DNA of 64,000 nucleotides from positions 102,550,001 through 102,614,000 of the forward strand of contig NC_045697.1 in the NCBI RefSeq assembly GCF_009834535.1, read 5' to 3'. The stretch comes from Camelus ferus (Eukaryota). Below, in pieces: positions 22,968-35,909 of the stretch (position 1 is its first letter; each line of letters begins with the position of its first letter). The notes under the pieces are model-generated. The model saw only the letters and a list, made by a program, of their open reading frames with translations. It made no database searches and was not told the DNA's origin. The translations under genes were made by a program, and so were the position numbers.

Positions 22968-25900
22968 CTACAAAACTAGACCTTCTGAATATCTTATACT
23001 TTTATTATGAGATAATGTATCATCAGATATTGCAGTACTTGAGATAATGGCAGATTTAATCTTGCATAAAACAGCTACATAAATTTGTAAAATGATGTTT
23101 TCAAGAAGAAGATGCACTTTTTAAAGAAAAAATTTCACCTTAGCATCATTTTTTACTAATTCATTTTAGTTGAGTTAAAAAATCTGTTGCTTAAAGATTC
23201 ATTTTTGTCAACATAGACAAATGAATCAAAAAGTATAACATCAAAGTTTGGGAATTTGTCATCCTAATAGTCTTCAAAGAGAATTTAAACTGACATTTTT
23301 GTGCTATTTTAAAGGACAGGCACTCATTGCAAATTTGTACCTCCATTTAAAGCGTTTAGTGATATTTAAAATGTCTGCCTTCATATGACATAAAATTGAA
23401 ACACTAGTGGATCTGCAGTTTTTTAAGTGGGAAAAAGATTTGTTTTCTAGACTATTTCTAAAAGGAAAATAGGCTTTAAGTCTTTTGAATCATGTTGTAA
23501 TCAAGGTGTTATTTAAAATGCCTATTTTCCCAATTACAAACATTTCTTATTTAGTGTCTAACATTTTTATCAATTATGGCTTATGAATTAAGTTTTTAAT
23601 TTAAAAAATTGATTTTGGATGTAAAATTATGAACAGAATACAGCTCCTTCTTTATATTAGGAAGCAATGGCATTAGCTTTTTATTATACCCTAATTATTC
23701 AATTTTTAATTTTGTATCATATCGGAGTAAGTACAATTATACTCCAGGATTAATCATGGGATTTAATCAGCCTACAGGTATCTTTTGTTTGTCTCCTGTG
23801 TTCAAGATCCTGTATTATGTGCTATGGAAGGAGAATATAAATGAGAATTAAGCCCCTTCTTCCAGTTTATTTTTACCTTAAATCAGGAGATTGCACACAT
23901 TGTCAAAAATGTAGTATTATTTAATATTATCTAAGATAAATATTGTCCTTCTGGGACCACAAAATTATGCCAGAACATTGTGTATTATAAATTGCCAAAT
24001 TAACGGCCCAGAGGTTCTGGGGTACTCAGATGGGTAAAACTCACCATGATTTGGCTTCCTGGTCCGGTCTGTTCTGCTATGATGTGATTGCCTTTCACAC
24101 TGATTAGCCCACCTATGAAAGAGAATGATGACTGCAGAACTTGGAAATTCTATAGCTTTTCAAGCAAGTAGAGTCAGAATTACAAGAAAAGGAACGTGGT
24201 CTCAGTCCTGCCATCGCACAGGCAGAAGGAGCCTTCTTAGCTGAATGTAAAAGTGATAAATAAGTGCCTGCACTGGGTTCCCCTCCCCCAGGAGGCACTC
24301 CGTCAGCCTTGCTTGGCTCTCCACGGGGTTCCCTTCCTCCTGAGTTCAAAGCTTCACTTCCATCGCCATGTTGGTTTTGTATGTTTCTAATCTCCCCTGA
24401 GCTAAGGCTGACCTGCTCCTGGGTCGCCCCCTCCCGAGGTACCAAGTTTTGTTTCTCTTAGTGCTTTAGTTTCAAAGTTGCGTAGATCTTCAAGGGGTCT
24501 GCCCCAACTTAATTTTTCCCATAAGCCTTATTATTTTCAGTATGTGATTCTGTAGAATATCAGATTTTTCAGGAACAAGTCCACTGAATTAAAGTGGAAA
24601 TGCCTATTTTTCTACATTTACCACTAACAAATGTAGTAGACCAGTTTCTGAATTTAGGTCCTGGAAAACATAATACAAGAAACACGTAAGGCAATTTAAT
24701 AAAACTGTACTTTGTCTTTCTTTTCCCTAAAGGCAGATGACCTTATTATCTAGTTTCATTAGTCATTTCTCCTAGGTTTTCCTTTTAAGGAAATGCATAA
24801 CTTTCCATTCCTTAGTTTTCCCTGGGAAACATATACATTGAGTTGAGCTGATAAGGTTGAATGACGGCAATCCACACACCCTTTTAGATACTTGTGTATC
24901 GAGGTGGTGGTGTTTGGATAGGAAGGTGAATAGGGCCTGAAATACAGGTGCCTAGCTCCCTCTTTCCTGAAGAGGACCAGTTGAGTAGGAAGCTGTGCTA
25001 GGAAAGAGTTCCAGATGATCTGTAATTAGCTGTGTGAATGCTATTTAATCCCCTCGTCCACATTCTGATCATCTGACTTTGGGAATAAGAAGACCAGCCC
25101 TGTCTCATGAGGATAAAGCTGAATATGAAATTACTGGAAAGTGTTTAAGGGGCTTCATTATTTGCTTTCATTGTGGTCGTATCTTTAACCCCAGAACAAA
25201 ACTGAGCAAGTAGTTGTGGAAGTTGCAGCCCAAACCACCAAACTGCTGCTACCTCTGTCCTCTTTGAGTTTAGCATCCATCCGATCCCAAACTGCTGTAT
25301 TAAAGCCAGCCAACACTAGCACGTACTCAGCATTTAAGTCGGAGATCTCAAGATGAAGGCATGTTGGACACGGAGAAGAGAGCCAAGGCCAACCCCCCCT
25401 TGTTCAGCTCATTTCATTACATGCAGTAGTTTGAGAAATAAGACAGAACACTGGTTTTCCCATTCCAAATTTGAATTCTAGAAATATACAGTACAAATTT
25501 AAAATATTTAATATGATACTTAATGTTCATAAGTTCGGAGTGATTCTTGAATTTCAGTTTCTTTTCCCTTTACCCTAATATCAAGGTTGCTCGAGACATA
25601 TATAAAAAGATTTTTCTAAGCAGCCTACATATGATATAAGGTCAAGGAAGGCATTCTTTAAGAATGAATGAAAGTAAGTAGCTCTTAAAACATTCAGTGT
25701 TTTGGTATATCTCAAAAAAATACTTGAAAAATATTCTTAGTAAAGATGTATTACCATCTGCACAGCCATGAAGTCTCAATGAGATCAATATTGCCTGGTT
25801 ACACAGAAACACATTCCGTTTTCTCTGTTCTCCTACTTGGAATACGATTGCATCAGGAATGTATGAGATTCCTCACAGCCAAACTGAACTTCTATGATGT

Positions 25901-26149
25901 ATTATTGTTTTGTGAACTGCTACAAAATGGTTATGTGTAGTCACAGGACATGCTAAGTCCATCAAAATCCAAAATTCTACCTGTCATGGGTAAACTGACA
26001 CTGAAAAGAGAAATGTCAACATGAGAGAAGAATTTAGTGAACATCCAGATGAAAGAAAATCATCTAGACTTAAAAAAAAAAAATTAGTTTGTATGTTGAC
26101 CTTCAAGAAAGGCACTAAAATAAATATTTAAGAGATGACACGGTGAGGA

Positions 26150-26391
26150 GAGGGGAGGGATAAACTAGGAGTTTGGGATTAACAGATACAAGCTACTCTA
26201 TATAAAACAGATAAACAACAAGGACCTTCTGTATAGCACAGGGAACTACATTCACTATCTTGTAATAACCTATAATAGAAAAAGATCTAAAAAAAGAATA
26301 TATATGTATAACTTAATCCCTATGCTGCACACCAGAAACTAACATAACATCACAACATTGTAAATCAACTATACTTCAATTAAAAAAAAAA
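26150..26391 (+). mobile_element. L1 3' end, 5'-truncated
   Basis: ggggagggataaactaggagtttgggattaacagatac...caactatacttcaattaaaaaaaaaa. Confidence 0.85.
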
Positions 26392-26828
26392 GTCAGTAGG
26401 ATAATGCCACAACTTAAAGCCAGCCAACAGTTTCCTACCCCTGAATAAAACATCACCTGTGCATATGCAATAAATAAACAAGACACAGCACTAACACACT
26501 GGTGCTCATTCCTATGCCTCAAGCTATGTAAGTGGAAAACAGTAAAATCTATCCCATCATGAAAAATTTTCCACTTCCTTACTTTTTTTAGGTAAAAGTG
26601 CTGAGTAATGGTTTTAGGAACAATGAGTGGTTATGGGTTATTGCTGTATATCAAAATGCTTACAGAGTGAGGAAATCCATTAAACCACAGAATCTATGGT
26701 GGCATACAAAGACTGCCTCCTTGGGCAGAGGCGAAATTCCATCCAATCATAAGATTTCGGAAGCCCTGACCATACTCCTTTCATGGCCCCGTTAATCACT
26801 ACTGGCCGGGAATGGTCCTGATTTAGAA

Positions 26829-26995
26829 AAGTGCCTCTCAGGCTGGAATATGCATGTGAATCACCTGACAGACTGGCTGAAGTGCAGATTCTGATTCTGT
26901 AGTTCTGAGAGGTGGGGTCCTTGAGAGTCTGCGTTTCTAACAAACTCCCGGGTGACACTGGGGCTACTGTTCCGGGACCACACTGAGTACTGAGG
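26829..26995. mobile_element. MER5A-like hAT MITE
   Basis: gaatcacctg...tgcagattctgattctgtag...tctgcgtttctaacaaactcccgggtga...gggaccacactgagta. Confidence 0.7.
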
Positions 26996-29784
26996 ATTTA
27001 GACTTAGCAGTTTTTTCCTGCCTCGTGAGAATGGGAAAAAGCATGGGAGAAAAACAGTTTTGCCAAGGTTACAGTCACAAAGGAACACTTTTCCATGCGC
27101 CCCAAAGTGAATATGGATAAAAGAATAAGACAGTTCTAACAGCACCTCCTTCATCACCTCAAGCAGATTGACTGAGAGAAGCTATAGAATTATTACATCT
27201 TCTGAAACTTCTAATGAGCTAGGATTTTATAAATGAGTATGACTCATGAGCTATGTGCCTTGTTTTATAGTAACACAAATTAAAAATCCGGACCCCTAAC
27301 AAAAATTTCAGAATGAGTCCCTTTACTTTTTGTAAAAGACATGGTAGATAGATTTCTGCATCACTCACTCTGAAGAGCAGGCCTGCCAAGACAGAATTTA
27401 CCCCTGTGTTTCTATACAAATGCACAGAAGACTTCTTATAATTGATTGGTTCATTCATTTATTAAATTAAAATCATAAAATTAAAACCATCCTTCATCCC
27501 ACTACCCGGGAGACATTCACAGTTGGCCTTAGCTGTTCACAAAAAGTCATCACATATGATGTGTGTTACAAATTACTCAGGCTTTTCAACTTCCTCCTTT
27601 ATTTCAAGAAAGTATCTGAAGCTTTACGCTACAACACAAAACCAGCCAAAGTACGTTTCTGAGAAGATGTCTTACATTTCTGAAAACAATGCTTTATACG
27701 TTAAAAAATGTCGGACAATTTTCTGCTCTAGCCCTTTAGTGTTTCATTATTTGTCATGTGTAAAGGGACTGGGAAATGTGTTCTTCCAATCTAAATTAAG
27801 TTTGAGAACTTTGGGGAAAACTGTCAAAAAATGGGCGCCATATATTGTTTATTTCAAACCTACATATCCTTTTGGGTAAGTTTTCTAGTTTGAAAGCTAT
27901 CTCAGACTTCATTCAGTAGAGCTAAGGATCCAAAAGTTTAGAAAGTAATTGTTTCAAAGAAGAACAAGACTAAGCAATTCTTATTAGGCCTGCATTAAAA
28001 CACCCAATTTCCTAGTCCAGTAAAAATAAGAATGAAAAATGAGTTAATCTATCATAGGTATATACTCCAGATTTTTGTGCAGGTCTAGGTGTGTAGATGT
28101 GGAAATTATGAATACACAAGATGGTCTATTTCAAGGTGACAATAATAGTAAATTTCAAATTAACGTGTTTTATTCCCTTTCCTTCTCCTCATTCCATGTA
28201 AAGGAACCCCATTCTTTTCAATGGAAGGAAGAAATGTCACTAGAACAAAGAGTGGGTGGAGAGGAGACGGATGGTTGGCATCACCAAAAACCTTTGTCAG
28301 ACTTTCCCAAATATATTACTAGAAAAATAAATTTTCATATGCTGACTTAATTCCCAGCTGGAGGAGAAAACAATCATATCTCTTTATGTCATACTTACTT
28401 CTTAGCCTGTTGTTTATTTATTATGATTATAATTAGTGTAAAAATGCTTTGTTTAAAATGAGTTTAATCATGCCTTAGAAGAATTTTGTAACATTTGAGT
28501 TAACTTAGACAATAGAGAGAAATACAGTGAGTGTTTTTAGTTTTATGCTTATGATATAAAAGTACAGGAATTTGAATTTAACGTTATCCCTCCCCTAAAT
28601 AGTCCACATATCCTGAATATCATCACTCAATAGCATTTTAAAGAAACAAACATCCTTTTAAAATCCCATTAATTTCATTCATTCATTCAACAGATTGTTA
28701 AGAAGCATCTTCCATGTGCTGTATAGTCTTCTAGGTCCAGGAAAGACATGAGAGAAGAGAGGGAAATATTTGTCTTCATGGAGTTTATAGTCCAGAAAAT
28801 GTATTTGAAAAAGTTTCTACTATATACATTCAATTTAGTTTGATAAACATTTATCAAATGCTTATATAGTATTTTCCTAGCTCCTATGATTATAAGTAGT
28901 TGAAGGAGATAAGATACTTCAGTAGCTTAAATATTATCTTTCTATAACATCCCTCAATCCCAAATTAATACTAAATACTTTTGTGTTTGCCTGTCTGTCT
29001 TCCCCCATGGTGGTCTCCGTGAGGATCAGAACCCTGTTTTGTTTCTGTCTTATCCCCATGAAGAGCACAGTCCCTTGCAGAGTAAATGACTAGACTTGAA
29101 GAGGGTTGAATATGTAGTTTGTTCCCCCAGGAAGCTTTCATGTCAATGGGGAAGGGGAAATAGGACAACTCGTTCCTTCAGAGAGGTGAAGTCCTGTAAG
29201 TGATGAGCTATGTTTTATGTAAATTTTCATATTAAAGGATTCCCCAATAGAATAACAGTCTAAAAGGAAGGGGGGATTTATTTAACATGCTAAGTGAGGA
29301 ATGTTAATTATCAACTTCATAAAGGACAAATAAAGATCATTTTCCTAGCTAATTAAATAAAAATGTAAGGGAACCATCATGTTTATAAATGACAACCACA
29401 CAGTCTTAGATAAGCTAAGTAAGCCCAAGGATGAAGTAATCCCATCCACAGATAGATAAGCATTTGCTCAGTCTCAGGTAAAAAACAACTTAGAACTCCC
29501 TCCACAATCTCAGTGTCCACATATTTGAATGTTTGGTGAAAAATAGTCAGAGTATTTAATTGGAGGATCAGCTAGAAAACAAGGATCAGATACCCTGCCC
29601 TGAAGAAGTGCGTTTTAGTAATAAATCCATAGGCATCACATCCCCTTATGTTTTCCCAGTGCACTCGCGTCAGTGTCCCTACCTTTTGCCTCAGACAGAC
29701 AGCATCTTCTGGTTGTTGTTTAATCAAAGTCACCTGCATTCTTCTTTTTTCTTTTTTTGAGCAGCTATAGCTTTGTGGGTATAA

Positions 29785-29897
29785 TTTTTTTTATTATTGA
29801 ACTACAGTTGACTTACAATGTTGTGTTAATTTCTGGTGTACAGCATAGTGATTCAGTTATATATATATATATTCCTTTCCATATTCTTTTTCATTAT
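29785..29897 (-). mobile_element. Short L1 3' end
   Basis: attgaactacagttgacttacaatgttgtgttaatttctggtgtacagcatagtgattcag. Confidence 0.8.
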
Positions 29898-31870
29898 TGA
29901 TCTCCACGTTGTCTTCTCTTTAGCTTCGTCTACTCAGGCTTAAACCATATCATCACATGAGCTATGTGCCTGCATATTTTGCATCACATAGAACATGTAA
30001 CATTCCTGACACTTTCTACCTCTGGGTCCCTTCTTTTGAATGAGTCAGAAAAAGAATGAATGAGTGAGTAACAAATAGAACTGGAAAAACAGAATTTCAG
30101 TTACCAGTAAAACTGGGACAATACCTGTTCACTGAATATCACTCAGTAAATGATGGTGGCTTGGGAATCAGAAGAACTTTATGACTCCTGAAAACTGCTC
30201 TTCTGATGGTCAAAAATGCCACCATCGTCTCATGAATTTTCTACGAGGAAGAAATAGAGCAGACATGGGCTGTTCAACAATAAGAAAGCACAGATGATGC
30301 CCTCACTTTCCTTGGCATGACCATTTAACATTTTCTCCACCTTATCACACTCTTTCCTTACTCCCAGAAGGACTCCATTGGGAGCACATGGAAAATATTT
30401 GATAATATATTCTGAAGGAACATGTGGAATGCCTTAAGTACCTTTCACATAAATCAACCATTTCTAAATTTAAATGAGAGGTCAAACAGATTTAAGGGAG
30501 TTTTCTGAATTGTCAGGTTAGTTGCAAAACGCAATGCCTTCAATGTAGAGTGGGGTTTTATTGGAGAGAGGCGCCAAAGAAGTCATTATATATTTTTAAT
30601 ATGGTTTTGAGCCATTGTAGAAACAACCTGAGGTCAGGCTCCAAATTATCACTGTTCATCTTGCCTTAGGGGCATAACAAGAGAACCTGTCTCAAGAAAT
30701 CTGATTCTCAAGGCTTAATTATTTGCTTCTCTCGGAAAGCTGTATCACTTACCTCTTGCGGTGGTTTTGACCTATAATTATCATCTTCTTTGAGAGGGTG
30801 TTTAAGGACTCCAGCTGCTTTGACTATCCTAATGGTGGTGATGTGACCGGTGAGGAAGCTGTCAGTCTACATTCCTTCACTGGAAAGAGCTTTCTCACCA
30901 CAACCGTGGCACAGGTCTCAGTGACTCGTAGACAAGTACCACAGCATTTTTTCCCAAAGATTAGGTAATGAGCAGTTGTGAGCATGATTTCAGCCTGAAC
31001 CAGCTTGAAAGATAGCATCTCATTCAAAAACAGTAAGAACTATAAAAATGTTCTTCTGAAGGCATCTCAGTCCCTCTCTAAATAATGACAGTCATAGAGC
31101 AATTAAAACAAAGTCTATGACTTTTTACATGAGAGTTAAGATGTTTTTGTTTGCTACTATTAGCATTCTTTTTCTTTATAGTGGGACAAAATCAAATTAT
31201 AAAAATACGTAAATACATATACGTATGTAAAATCTTTATATATCTCATTCTTTGCATAAAGAGTTTAAACTTTGAGTCAGTTGTAAACACACACGTATAT
31301 TATCCTTGTCCTTTCAAGAACAATCATTCTAGGGAAAGCATCTCAAAAGAAATGTAAGAGTGAAACAAAAGAAGATTCCTAAGCTTTTTAGGCTACAAGT
31401 GCTCATTTTGATGGCTGCCTTCAACTGTGATATTGCCAAATATGCCAATGACTTGTGAAACCTATCTCAGATACTGGTCCTAAAAATATTTGGAGTTTTG
31501 GGAGGGGGAAAAAAAGAATTTTAAAATAACTGTTCATCTTTATTTTTCAAGTTGTAATTGCAAAAATTCTTAGCTACCAAAATGTCAGTGTAACCTAGTT
31601 ACCTTATTAGTCAACGAATTTTGATCATGATAAAGTTTCTTACAATGTTTAAAATGTTCCCTTTGGTTCAAAACTGGTTGGTTTGTTTCCTCACAGGCGG
31701 TGTGTGTTTTCTATTCTTAGAAAGCTCTCAACCTTCCTGTCTGAGTCGCTTCAAAGGAAGGTCTCTTTAGAAAGCAAGAGGCACGCTGTGTAAGCTACCA
31801 AATCACTACACTTCATCCCAGTGTTGATTTCCAACCAAAATGCTCTTTCAACGGTTGTGTTTTAACACAG

Positions 31871-32019
31871 ACCTCTGATGCCTGAGGAGTGCAGAGCCAC
31901 GGTGCAGCCCGCCCAGACCCTGACGTCGGAGTGCCCCCGGCTGTGTCGGAACGGCCACTGCACCCCCACCGGCAGGTGCTGCTGCAGCCCCGGATGGGAA
32001 GGCGACTTCTGCAGAATCG
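31871..32019 (+). CDS. HHIP: HHIP exon 12 equivalent, EGF-like repeat 1
   Basis: acacag|A...ATCG|gtcagt; 149 nt; PLMPEECRATVQPAQTLTSECPRLCRNGHCTPTGRCCCSPGWEGDFCRI. Confidence 0.97.
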
Positions 32020-34497
32020 GTCAGTGCTGCTGTTGTCCCTGGGAAAGCGTGGGCAAGGGACAACCCCCGGGAATGCAAGGATTTAACATCAGCTATTTCC
32101 TTTAAAATTATCTAGCGTTCAAAATTGGCATTTCCAATCATAGTAATGCTTAGTCGATTTCTGAACTTGTACATGAAATCTTTGCCATTTTCCTAATGTA
32201 AACAATTCACTTATATAAGTTCATCGTAAACATGATTGAGTTCATTCCCAAAGTAGAAAATGAAAGCAGCACAACTTAGATCATCGCTGTGGGCTCTCAG
32301 TCCTGAGTTTGAGATTTCACACCAGCCAATGACCTGGTGTTTGCAAAGCCCCTTTCTAGATGCCAGCATTTTCCGGACACTCCATAAATGCCCTCACTGA
32401 ATTTACTGCTTGCTCTCTTGCTGCAGCACACTGAAAACAGGGGTTTTCAATGGGTGTTTTTATATAAACGGGGAAAATGCACTTATCTAGAGGCATATTA
32501 TGAGATTTTTAAATTCTTTTTGCCACTCCCTTGTGAATCATCAACTAAGTGTGCAGCTGCTCAGAGAGAGCAAAGGAGGTTTATTCCTTTAATTTGAGAC
32601 TTCCACAATCACATGCAATCGTGTTTAAATTCTACTTGGTGTGAAGTAAGAAAATTAGATGAATTTATACCTGGAGTTCAAGAGGTGTTCTGCTGAAAGT
32701 ACATTTTCAACAACCAGCATGCACATATTACTTACAAAAGATTTTGATCTCTACTACTTCAAATATTAAAGCCAATGAAAATTAAAAGTCCCAAGTTAAT
32801 ATTTAATGTTATCCTTAATTCATAAAGGCCATCTTTATTCAAAACATGTATTTGTTTCAAAAAATTATAACCATCACTTGTTTACTTTATATGTTGTCTT
32901 TAAAAAGGACCCAACATTTCAAGTCACATATGCACTATACATTTTAAGCTTAAATTGCTTCAGCACTAATATGTTACGTGATTGATTGATACTATGCTTA
33001 CGTATCTCAGAAAGAACTATCCTAATGAAAACTCAACAGGAATTAAGTAATTAGAATATTTAAAACAAGTGCTTACATTCTATGACCGATTCTGTCTTCC
33101 TTTTCATTCATTGGCCAAAAAATGAGAATCAGTGTTCAAATGCAACAATATTCTAATCCCTGATAATGTATCTTCCCTCTGCTTCCCTTATGTGGTTAGT
33201 ATCTCTGCTGTTTTAGTCCTTACTTACATTTTGGCTAACCTCTTAAGTCACCTCAAGTCATCAGATAGTAAATATTATCCAGTGCCTTCTAATAGCAGTA
33301 TGTTAAGCTGAAGGTAAACAAATAATTTTGAATATAGGTGGTATGATACATACCATAATAGTTATTAATAACATGATATAAATGAAAATAGACATTCTTT
33401 CAATTAATATGCACTTTTCTTTCAATAAGGTACTTTAATCTTTCCACTAAATCAATTTAAATAATTTGAACATATAAGATAAACCAGAATCATTTTATGA
33501 AAGTAGTATATTTGTAGTATTTTTGGCCCAAGCAAAAACTTTTACTCATCACCCATGAATTTAAAAGACTGTATTAGTCTATTTTCTCCTTGTTCTTTCT
33601 TTCCCGTATGTCTGCCATGGACCCCTGAATTTTGATGAATGCACTGGAAAAGGTTAAAATAACCCTGTGCCCTAAAAGTATAAAGACATGTATTCAAGGA
33701 ATTTGATTCTGTCTACAGTGGCTGCACATCTCAGATCCATTTAGGGACAATTAAGTTATATACTGAATTTAATGTCTCCATCTCCTATTAGCAGTTAATC
33801 TTTACATTCTCTACCTATATTATAATGGTAAACATTCTGTTAGGAAGACATCCTGTTCCCTGAAAAGGATGGCTCTGAACATCTTTCGCGGGCCAACCGC
33901 ACTGACCCCAAGAAGGGGCTTCAAGGTGTAATCAGAGATGAGGCATATTTCATGCACCACCTGGGAGCAGGGAAGGGGAGGAAGCCAAGGGAATCCACGT
34001 GGTGGATCCTCCCTCCAACCAAAATCGGAAACTGACCATTTCTTAACATTGCCTTGGTGATTCTCCAGGCACTGGGCCTTCCTCTCTGGCCACGCCCTTC
34101 CCACTGGGAGATCCTGGGGGAAGGGAATGGGAACATAGAGATACTTGGAAGGCCCTTTGTTAGAGATACCCTAACAGAGCAGAGCTTTGAAGGAACTAAA
34201 ATCCTCATTTTAAGCAGAGTCAGTTCTACGAGCGATTGACATTCCTTCCTGATCTCTGCTTCTCTGGATGATCCATTTGTCTACAAACGTCTCCCATTAG
34301 CTTCTGAGTTCTGGCTTCCAAATGACTGAAGGCGTGAGAGCCTTATTTCTTCGCATTTATTATCTTTTGGATCATTTTGGGACCGGCTCCCTCCTTTCCC
34401 GCCCCTTCGCTTACTCGTCAGATATTTATTGACCTCATACTCAGTGCTGTTTCTGACTTCCAGAATGGAGTGTGATTTTATTGCTCTTTTTCCCCAG

Positions 34498-34691
34498 CGA
34501 AATGTGAGCCAGCGTGTCGCCATGGCGGTGTCTGTGTTAGACCCAACAAGTGCCTCTGTAAAAAAGGATATCTTGGCCCTCAGTGTGAACAAGTGGACAG
34601 AAACCTCCGCAGAGTGACCAGGGCAGGTATTCTTGATCAGATCATTGACATGACATCTTATTTGCTGGATCTAACAAGTTACATTGTATAG
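34498..34691 (+). CDS. HHIP: HHIP terminal coding exon (exon 13 equivalent), EGF-like repeat 2 and C-terminus
   Basis: ccccag|CG...; 194 nt; (A)KCEPACRHGGVCVRPNKCLCKKGYLGPQCEQVDRNLRRVTRAGILDQIIDMTSYLLDLTSYIV, stop TAG 34689-34691. All nine exons join in frame. Confidence 0.97.
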
Positions 34692-35903
34692 TTTCTGGGA
34701 CTGTTTGAATATTCCTTTCCAATGGGCATTTATTTTTTATCCTGTCATTAAAAAGAACGACTGTTATCCTGCTACACACTCCTGTGATTTCATTTTCTTT
34801 GATTAATTTAAAAGTCATTTCCAGAAATGTGCAGATCCCGTGTGTGTATATTGGCACGTTTGTTCACATATGCACGTACACACACACACTCACAACCCCT
34901 AGGCGTGTGGTTGCATAACAGATGGGTTTTAAAAATATATATTGCCTTGTGTGGAGTAATTTATCTGGAAATTCCATTGTAAATTGATAATGGAATTTTT
35001 ATGTCACTAGAAGAGATTACATGACTTCCCAGGAATTTTCTGTCTGTAATCACTAAAGTCAACTTCGACGGAGTTTTAAAACATTACTGTGCAATCTGAT
35101 GGATTTAATTTAAAAAAGGCCATATTTTTATATTAAAGGACTATGATATAAGAGAATGTTTCAGAACTCCCTGAGGAATTTCTGAGTGGGCAACGATATA
35201 AAATTGTAATCTTCATTTTTGTTATTGTATCCAATTGCAGAATGTTACACACTTACCTTTCTATTGGTGGAGAAATCTGGTTCCCCCAGCTTAATTTCAA
35301 GATTGTTTTCAAGTGTTTTATAATTAAATCAGAACAGCATATTCTAAAATCAGCCTTCCTAAAAGGTCTGCTTTTATTGTATAGTGTATTTAACAAGAGG
35401 CACTGGGTTTGTGTTACATATTTATATTTTGTATTTAATTTTTATAATATAGACGTCACCTAGATGAAACACCTATGCCCTGTCCCGTAAAATACTAAGG
35501 TTACATTTGTCACCAACTTAATTGGAAAGAAGGGGCGTGAGAAAGCAAACAGCCTTTAATGTGCTGTGGCTCTAATCTAGCAATGTGTCCCTGTGCCAAC
35601 ATGTAATCATTAACGACGGATGAAAAAGCAAGAAAACAGCCAATCCTTATAAAATTCCAGCATTAAACATTTGTAAAGTGCTTTTCACCATAGCAAGACT
35701 GTCAAGGGTATATGTGATTAGAATGTTGCAGATTTCACACTGAATCAAACCTCACTGGAGAAGAGTTCACTCGTTTTTAATGGATCTTGGCTCTGTAAGC
35801 TGTCACTTGTGCACATTTTGAATATGATCATTCTTGCCAAATATGACTTTTAATGTATATGTTCCTTCAGAACGCAAGGAAAATCCTCTTTGGTTCATGT
35901 ATG

Positions 35904-35909
35904 AATAAA
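35904..35909 (+). terminator. Candidate proximal polyadenylation signal AATAAA
   Basis: TGTA immediately upstream and GT/T-rich sequence (gttctgttcaggttttt) downstream. Confidence 0.45.

Noticed and set aside
27245..29971. 16-bp match catgagctatgtgcct at 27245 and 29956
   Set aside because: About one match of this length is expected by chance in 64 kb.
32020..32105. Exon 12 read-through tail GQCCCCPWESVGK...
   Set aside because: Short intronic continuation with no nearby poly(A) signal; the cysteines come from a tgc/tgt run.
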